A stretch of DNA of 32,000 nt from Nonlabens ponticola (GTDB taxonomy: Bacteria; Bacteroidota; Bacteroidia; Flavobacteriales; Flavobacteriaceae): assembly GCF_003966335.1 (NCBI RefSeq), contig NZ_CP034549.1, forward strand, positions 2,070,001-2,102,000, written 5' to 3'. Shown here piece after piece: positions 26,855 to 32,000 of the stretch; position 1 is the first letter of the stretch; the number at the start of each line of letters is the position of its first letter. Below the pieces are notes generated by a model. It had not been told where the DNA came from and ran no database searches. It was given only the letters and a program-made list of their open reading frames with translations. Position numbers and translations under genes: made by a program.

Positions 26855-28241
26855 ACTATTTACAGAGTTTGATCCAGTAAGCGAGGCGCAATGGAAACAG
26901 AAAATACAGTACGATCTCAAGGGCGCGGACTATAATGAGACGCTCATAACCAAAACTCCATCGGGCATTCATATCAAGCCATTATATCTTCCAGATAGCC
27001 AGGTAGAAATGAATTTACCATCACGAGCCACGCATGATGGCGGCTGGTACATTTCGCAAAAAATCTATTGTGGCAATGCCGCCGCAGCTAATAAAAAAGC
27101 GCTGGATATACTCAATCGAGGTGCCGAAGGTTTGATCCTAGACATACCAAAGGCTGATGTTGATCTGGAACAACTCTTTGACAACCTGCCAGCAGTTGGT
27201 ATTCAAGTACATCCACGGTTCATGGATTTGGATTTTTTGGACAGACTCCACAAAATTGCCCCTAATGCTTATGTGCATTTTGATATTCTACACGAGTTGG
27301 GTCATCGCGGCAATTGGTTCAAAAATCAAAAAGTTGATTTTGAAAAGCACTCAAAATTTCTAAAAAACTACAAGGGCTATTTCTCAAATATAACGATCAC
27401 CACCAGTCATTATCAGCAGGCTGGAGCTACTGTAGTTCAGGAGTTGGCTTACTACGCTGCGCATTTGCATGAATATTTGAATGCTTATTGCCATGATGCT
27501 AGCTTGCAGGATGATGGTATTTATTCCGCTTTCGCGAAAGCTGACAAACGAATAAACATCGATACAACCATTGGGCCTGATTACTTCATGCAAATTGCTA
27601 AATACAGGGCTTACCGAGTCATCACCAAGTCCGTTGGAAAGCTATATGATTTGAATCTTGAAGCATACATCACGGCAACGCCTAGTTTGCGCAACAAATC
27701 ACTATTGGATTACAACGTTAACCTGCTGCGCACAACAACCGAATGCATGAGTGCGGTCTTGGGTGGCGCAGATACGGTACACAACCTAGCTTATGATGCT
27801 TTCTTTCATAAGGAAAACGAATTTGGCGACAGGATCGCTCGCAATCAGTTGCTCATTCTCAAGGAAGAGGCTTACCTGAACAAAGTAGCTAACGTCGCAG
27901 ATGGCACTTACTATATCAACGCACTCACTAAAGAACTGACGGAAAAGGCCATGCAAATTTTCAAAGAAATTGAAAAAGCAGGTGGTTTGGTTCAGTCGCT
28001 ATTTGAAGGTACTATCCAGCGCAAGACCAAGGAAAGTGACACGTCGGAGCGTGAAAAAGTGCAAAACGGCAACCAGATCATGGTAGGTGTCAACAAATTT
28101 CCAAACACAGCGCAACCGCTGCAAAGCGAATACGAAATCCTGCCGTTTCAAAAAATTGAACATCGCAAAACCTTAGTGACGCCTATCTCATTCAAACGAC
28201 TTGCCGAAGAAATAGAAAAATCAGAAATGCCGAAAAAATGA
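26835..28241 (+). CDS. mutA: methylmalonyl-CoA mutase small (beta, non-catalytic) subunit
   Basis: The FDPVSEAQWKQKIQYDLKG N-terminus and mutase-fold core match. The DxHxxG B12-binding motif is absent. It lies upstream of the large subunit gene. The start could instead be the ATG at 26844. Confidence 0.8.
   Translation: MKTMSDKLFTEFDPVSEAQWKQKIQYDLKGADYNETLITKTPSGIHIKPLYLPDSQVEMNLPSRATHDGGWYISQKIYCGNAAAANKKALDILNRGAEGLILDIPKADVDLEQLFDNLPAVGIQVHPRFMDLDFLDRLHKIAPNAYVHFDILHELGHRGNWFKNQKVDFEKHSKFLKNYKGYFSNITITTSHYQQAGATVVQELAYYAAHLHEYLNAYCHDASLQDDGIYSAFAKADKRINIDTTIGPDYFMQIAKYRAYRVITKSVGKLYDLNLEAYITATPSLRNKSLLDYNVNLLRTTTECMSAVLGGADTVHNLAYDAFFHKENEFGDRIARNQLLILKEEAYLNKVANVADGTYYINALTKELTEKAMQIFKEIEKAGGLVQSLFEGTIQRKTKESDTSEREKVQNGNQIMVGVNKFPNTAQPLQSEYEILPFQKIEHRKTLVTPISFKRLAEEIEKSEMPKK
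27528..27541. repeat. palindrome copy 8: core only
   Basis: Read directly. It lies inside mutA, read as A-F-A-K-A. Confidence 0.95.
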
Positions 28242-28723
28242 TTTTAAATGTAAATATCTCAACTAACCGTTTTGCCTCAATAATTTCTAGTGTACTAGTA
28301 ATCATGTTGGCAACGACTTCCTGCAAAACCGCGATGGAAACCAAGAGTCTTAAAGGAACTTGGGAGATAGTAAGCGTTATAGATGTGGATAAACAAGATG
28401 GTGTCAAAAACGTACCTAGACGAGGCGATTTTGGAAAGATCAAGATCTATTTCCATACTGGTGATACGTACAGTTTTAAAGATAAAAATGTGCTTTGGGT
28501 AGAAAGAGCTACATCTAACTGGCCGCGACCTAATTTTTGGGATATCAATGAAGATCAAGAATTGCAACTATTCTTGAGAGATCCTAACGAAATTGAGGAT
28601 TTAGGTGAACTTGTCAAGTTTCAGATTGTAGATTGGGATGATGAAAAGTTTATCATTCAATCCATAAGCGATACCAGAGTTGAAAATGCTCAGGCTACAC
28701 TCAAAAGAGTGAATGATAATTAA
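28238..28723 (+). CDS. lipocalin-like lipoprotein, hypothetical (paralog 1)
   Basis: Lipobox LATTSC followed by LKGTWEIVSV, a lipocalin-like beta-barrel entry motif. The ATG overlaps the mutA stop (ATGA). Confidence 0.65.
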   Translation: MILNVNISTNRFASIISSVLVIMLATTSCKTAMETKSLKGTWEIVSVIDVDKQDGVKNVPRRGDFGKIKIYFHTGDTYSFKDKNVLWVERATSNWPRPNFWDINEDQELQLFLRDPNEIEDLGELVKFQIVDWDDEKFIIQSISDTRVENAQATLKRVNDN

Positions 28724-28767
28724 GCGGTCAAGTGGTTAAATCAATAAAGAAATATAGAATATCAGGA

Positions 28768-29229
28768 ATGAAAGCTGTTAACAGATTTGCCTGTATATCT
28801 TGTTTCTACATATGTCTTTTATTTCTTGCTACTTCATGCCATGACAATGAATTAGAGCAGCAATTGATAGGGTCGTGGGAAGTGGTAAGCAGTGAAATAA
28901 TGGAAAAACCGCTACCAGAAACAGCACCTGATGAAAATCGAGGCAACCCCAATTCCTACTTTACCATAGGCGACGGCTGGAGATTTACTGATGAAAATGA
29001 TATTTATCTTTCTGGTGCGATTACAAGTCAATTATCGCCACCTCGATATTTTGAGATCGTGGGCGATCGGCTCCATCTATTTCTGCGCAGGAAAAATGAA
29101 AAGTACAGTAGTCAATATCCGCCCATGGCGACTTTTAAAACTACCATGGACAGCGACTCAACTTTGCTTGTGCAATCTTTACGCAGTGCACAGCATGAAA
29201 ATGTGCAGGTGACCCTTAAGAAACAATAA
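28768..29229 (+). CDS. lipocalin-like lipoprotein, hypothetical (paralog 2)
   Basis: Lipobox LATSC followed by [10 protein letters not shown]. It shares NRFA..., L(Q/H)LFLR..NE and (A/V)TLK(R/K) with paralog 1. I prefer the ATG at 28768 to the GTG at 28732. It ends 2 nt before the mutB ATG. Confidence 0.6.
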   Translation: MKAVNRFACISCFYICLLFLATSCHDNELEQQLIGSWEVVSSEIMEKPLPETAPDENRGNPNSYFTIGDGWRFTDENDIYLSGAITSQLSPPRYFEIVGDRLHLFLRRKNEKYSSQYPPMATFKTTMDSDSTLLVQSLRSAQHENVQVTLKKQ

Positions 29230-29231
29230 TT

Positions 29232-31361
29232 ATGAGTAGAAAAGATATTTCAAACCTAGAAATCATATTTGATGACGCAACTAGCGTTTCTAAACAGGTC
29301 AATGAATCTACTTATGAGACTTCAGAAGGTATTCATCTTAAAAATCATTATTCAAAAGATGATATAGCAGATCTAGAACACCTAGAATTTGCCGCTGGAA
29401 TAGCACCTAATTTACGTGGTCCCTACTCTACCATGTACGTGCGCAGACCTTGGACCATAAGGCAATACGCTGGCTTCTCTAGTGCGACAGAATCCAATGC
29501 ATTTTACCGTAGAAATCTTGCTGCAGGACAAAAAGGTCTTTCTGTAGCATTTGATCTAGCCACACATCGCGGTTATGACAGCGATCATGAGCGTGTGATA
29601 GGTGACGTAGGTAAAGCTGGTGTTGCCATTGATAGTGTCGAGGATATGAAAATCCTTTTTGATCAGATACCATTGGATAAAATGTCTGTGTCCATGACCA
29701 TGAACGGTGCCGTGTTGCCTATTATGGCTTTTTACATCGTGGCTGCTATGGAGCAAGAAGTTGACGTCGATAAATTAAGCGGTACGATACAGAATGATAT
29801 CCTAAAGGAATTCATGGTGCGCAACACCTATATCTATCCGCCTACACCTAGTATGCAGATCATCTCCGACATTTTTGAGTACACCAGTAAGAACATGCCT
29901 AAGTTCAATTCCATCTCTATTTCTGGTTATCACATGTATGAAGCTGGTGCGACGAGTGATATTGAACTAGCCTACACACTGGCAGATGGATTAGAATATG
30001 TGCGCAAGGGTCTAGCCGCAGGAATGGACATCGACACCTTTGCACCACGCTTGTCATTCTTTTGGGCTATAGGCATGAATCACTTTATGGAAATTGCCAA
30101 GATGCGCGCAGCACGCATGCTGTGGGCAAAAATGATCAAGCAATTCAATCCTAAAAATCCCAAATCGCTGGCATTACGCACGCATTGCCAGACATCAGGC
30201 TGGTCTCTGGCAGAACAAGATCCGTTCAACAACGTTGCGCGAACAACTATCGAGGCTGCCGCTGCCGCATTTGGTGGTACGCAGAGTTTGCATACCAATG
30301 CCCTTGACGAGGCCATTGCCTTGCCTACAGATTTCAGCGCGCGTATCGCTAGGAACACGCAGATATATCTGCAGGAAGAGACTGGAATTACTAACACGGT
30401 CGATCCTTGGGCTGGCTCCTATTATGTTGAATCGCTTACCGATCAAATCGCTCACAAATCCTGGGAACTTATACAAGAAGTTGAGAAATTAGGCGGAATG
30501 ACCAAGGCCATTGAGGCTGGCATTCCTAAAATGCGTATAGAAGAAGCAGCCGCCAAAAAACAGGCACGTATTGATTCAAATCAGGACGTGATTGTTGGCG
30601 TCAACAAATATCCTAGTCCAGACGAGGATCACATAGACACCCTTGAGGTGGACAACGCTGCCGTGCGCGCAGATCAAATCAACCGCCTAGAAAAGATCAA
30701 GGCAGAACGTGACAACGATAAAGTCAATGCAGCACTGGACGCTTTAACGGCACGCGCAAAGACTGGCGATGGCAATTTGCTGGAACTAGCCGTTACCGCT
30801 GCAAAGGAACGCGCCACTTTAGGTGAAATTTCAGATGCTTTGGAAAAGGAATTCGGTCGCTATCGTGCACAGATCAAGAGTGTTCAAGGTGTTTATAAAA
30901 AAGAGATTATGGATGATTCCGCTTTCGCGAAAGCGCAACAATTAGCAGACGAGTTTGCAAAAAAAGAAGGTCGTCGTCCACGCATCATGATCGCAAAAAT
31001 GGGTCAAGACGGTCACGACCGTGGTGCCAAAGTAGTCGCAACAGGCTATGCAGACGTAGGATTTGACGTGGACATAGGACCACTATTCCAAACACCAGCC
31101 GAAGCAGCCAAACAAGCCGTGGAAAATGATGTGCATGTTCTAGGTGTTTCCTCACTTGCGGCAGGTCACAAAACACTTGTACCACAAGTCATGGCAGAGC
31201 TCAAGAAGTATGGCCGCGACGACATCATGATTATAGTTGGCGGCGTGATACCGCGAAAAGACTATGAATTCCTATTTGAATGCGGCGTGGCAGCAGTCTT
31301 TGGCCCTGGTACTAAGATCAGTGATGCGGCAATTGATATATTGACGTTGCTGGAAGCCTAG
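29232..31361 (+). CDS. mutB: methylmalonyl-CoA mutase large (alpha, catalytic) subunit
   Basis: ...[53 protein letters not shown]... plus a C-terminal B12-binding domain with GQDGHDRG (DxHxxG). Length is 709 aa. Confidence 0.95.
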   Translation: MSRKDISNLEIIFDDATSVSKQVNESTYETSEGIHLKNHYSKDDIADLEHLEFAAGIAPNLRGPYSTMYVRRPWTIRQYAGFSSATESNAFYRRNLAAGQKGLSVAFDLATHRGYDSDHERVIGDVGKAGVAIDSVEDMKILFDQIPLDKMSVSMTMNGAVLPIMAFYIVAAMEQEVDVDKLSGTIQNDILKEFMVRNTYIYPPTPSMQIISDIFEYTSKNMPKFNSISISGYHMYEAGATSDIELAYTLADGLEYVRKGLAAGMDIDTFAPRLSFFWAIGMNHFMEIAKMRAARMLWAKMIKQFNPKNPKSLALRTHCQTSGWSLAEQDPFNNVARTTIEAAAAAFGGTQSLHTNALDEAIALPTDFSARIARNTQIYLQEETGITNTVDPWAGSYYVESLTDQIAHKSWELIQEVEKLGGMTKAIEAGIPKMRIEEAAAKKQARIDSNQDVIVGVNKYPSPDEDHIDTLEVDNAAVRADQINRLEKIKAERDNDKVNAALDALTARAKTGDGNLLELAVTAAKERATLGEISDALEKEFGRYRAQIKSVQGVYKKEIMDDSAFAKAQQLADEFAKKEGRRPRIMIAKMGQDGHDRGAKVVATGYADVGFDVDIGPLFQTPAEAAKQAVENDVHVLGVSSLAAGHKTLVPQVMAELKKYGRDDIMIIVGGVIPRKDYEFLFECGVAAVFGPGTKISDAAIDILTLLEA
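30920..30935. repeat. palindrome copy 9: CGCTTTCGCGAAAGCG (16 bp, core 30921-30934)
   Basis: Read directly. It lies inside mutB, read as A-F-A-K-A in the linker before the B12-binding domain. Confidence 0.95.
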
Positions 31362-31423
31362 AATTATGTTGCTGTAACATATCAGCTTTTTTCCAGTCAT
31401 CTAACAGAACCCAAACCACAAAA

Positions 31424-32000
31424 GATGTATCGCTCGATCATAGTTTTTCTCTCATTATTTATCAGTATAACTTCAGGCGCACAGCAATTAGAGTTAGCGC
31501 CTTATGAGTTTACGTCAAGATCAGGTGACACCATAAATGCACAGTTAGGATCATTTAAAGTTCCATTAGATAGAGCTAGCGCTACTTCTACGGATTCAAT
31601 CGACATAAGATTTGTCAGGTTTAAGAGCACGAATCCTAATCCACAGGCACCCATTGTATATCTAGCTGGTGGACCTGGCGGTGCTGGAACAGGCGCGGCA
31701 TCGGGTAATCGCTTTGAGCTTTTCATGAAATTGCGTGAGGTTGCAGATGTCATTGCCTATGATCAACGTGGTACTGGATTATCTTATCAGCCACCTGTTT
31801 GCCCTTATGACATAGCGTTTGAAACTGATCGTGCGATTGATCGCAAAGAATATGCCGATAGAACCACAGCAGGATTGAAAAAATGCATTGAGTTTTGGGA
31901 AGAAGAAAATGTCAATCCTATGGCATATAACACGAGCGAAAACGCTCAGGACATAGATGACCTTAGAAAAATACTAGGCGCTGATAAATTATCACTTTGG
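31424..32000 (+). CDS. secreted alpha/beta hydrolase (S33 prolyl-aminopeptidase-like), N-terminal fragment running off the window
   Basis: Not in the ORF track because no stop is reached. The ATG at 31424 gives MYRSIIVFLSLFISITSGAQ (signal peptide) ...PIVYLAGGPGG...AYDQRGTGLS. The frame stays open to base 32000. Confidence 0.7.

Noticed and set aside
26700-26860. A cobalamin riboswitch upstream of the B12-dependent mutase genes
   Set aside because: The mutA start overlaps the end of the FtsB-like gene, leaving no untranslated leader. No B12-box-like sequence was noticed.

Overview
The window looks like a compact chromosomal core segment from a Bacteroidota (Flavobacteriia-like) genome. That placement is an inference from three things: a giant protein ending in a T9SS (Por) C-terminal sorting domain, TTG-N19-21-TAnnTTTG promoter-like boxes, and start codons preceded by A/T-rich tracts rather than Shine-Dalgarno sites. 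About 33 tightly packed genes are present, almost all housekeeping: fmt, hup, hisS, ogt, rpsF-rpsR-rplI, priA, nadC, rlmH, udk and mutA/mutB. There is also one tRNA(CAT), a LacI regulator beside a 1785-aa secreted LamG/MAM-like protein, a LytTR response regulator, and several small lipoproteins. I see no transposase, integrase, CRISPR array, prophage or recognisable multi-gene defence or accessory island. The signal not explained by ordinary annotation is a perfect 14-bp palindrome, GCTTTCGCGAAAGC, often extended to 22 bp. It occurs at least nine times in 32 kb and seven copies lie inside conserved coding sequences. It is read in all three phases, the Ogt copy shows no length change, spacing is unusually even, and the non-palindromic flanks all point the same way on the + strand. 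It behaves like a HIP1-, USS- or Chi-type genomic word rather than a mobile element. Secondary observations are two paralogous lipocalin-like lipoprotein genes wedged between mutA and mutB, a cNMP-binding/TrxR-fold fusion lacking the CxxC redox centre, terminator hairpins that abut the next start codon, three convergent gene pairs with overlapping stops, and an odd T-loop in the tRNA. All functional calls come from motif recognition by eye. No database search was possible.
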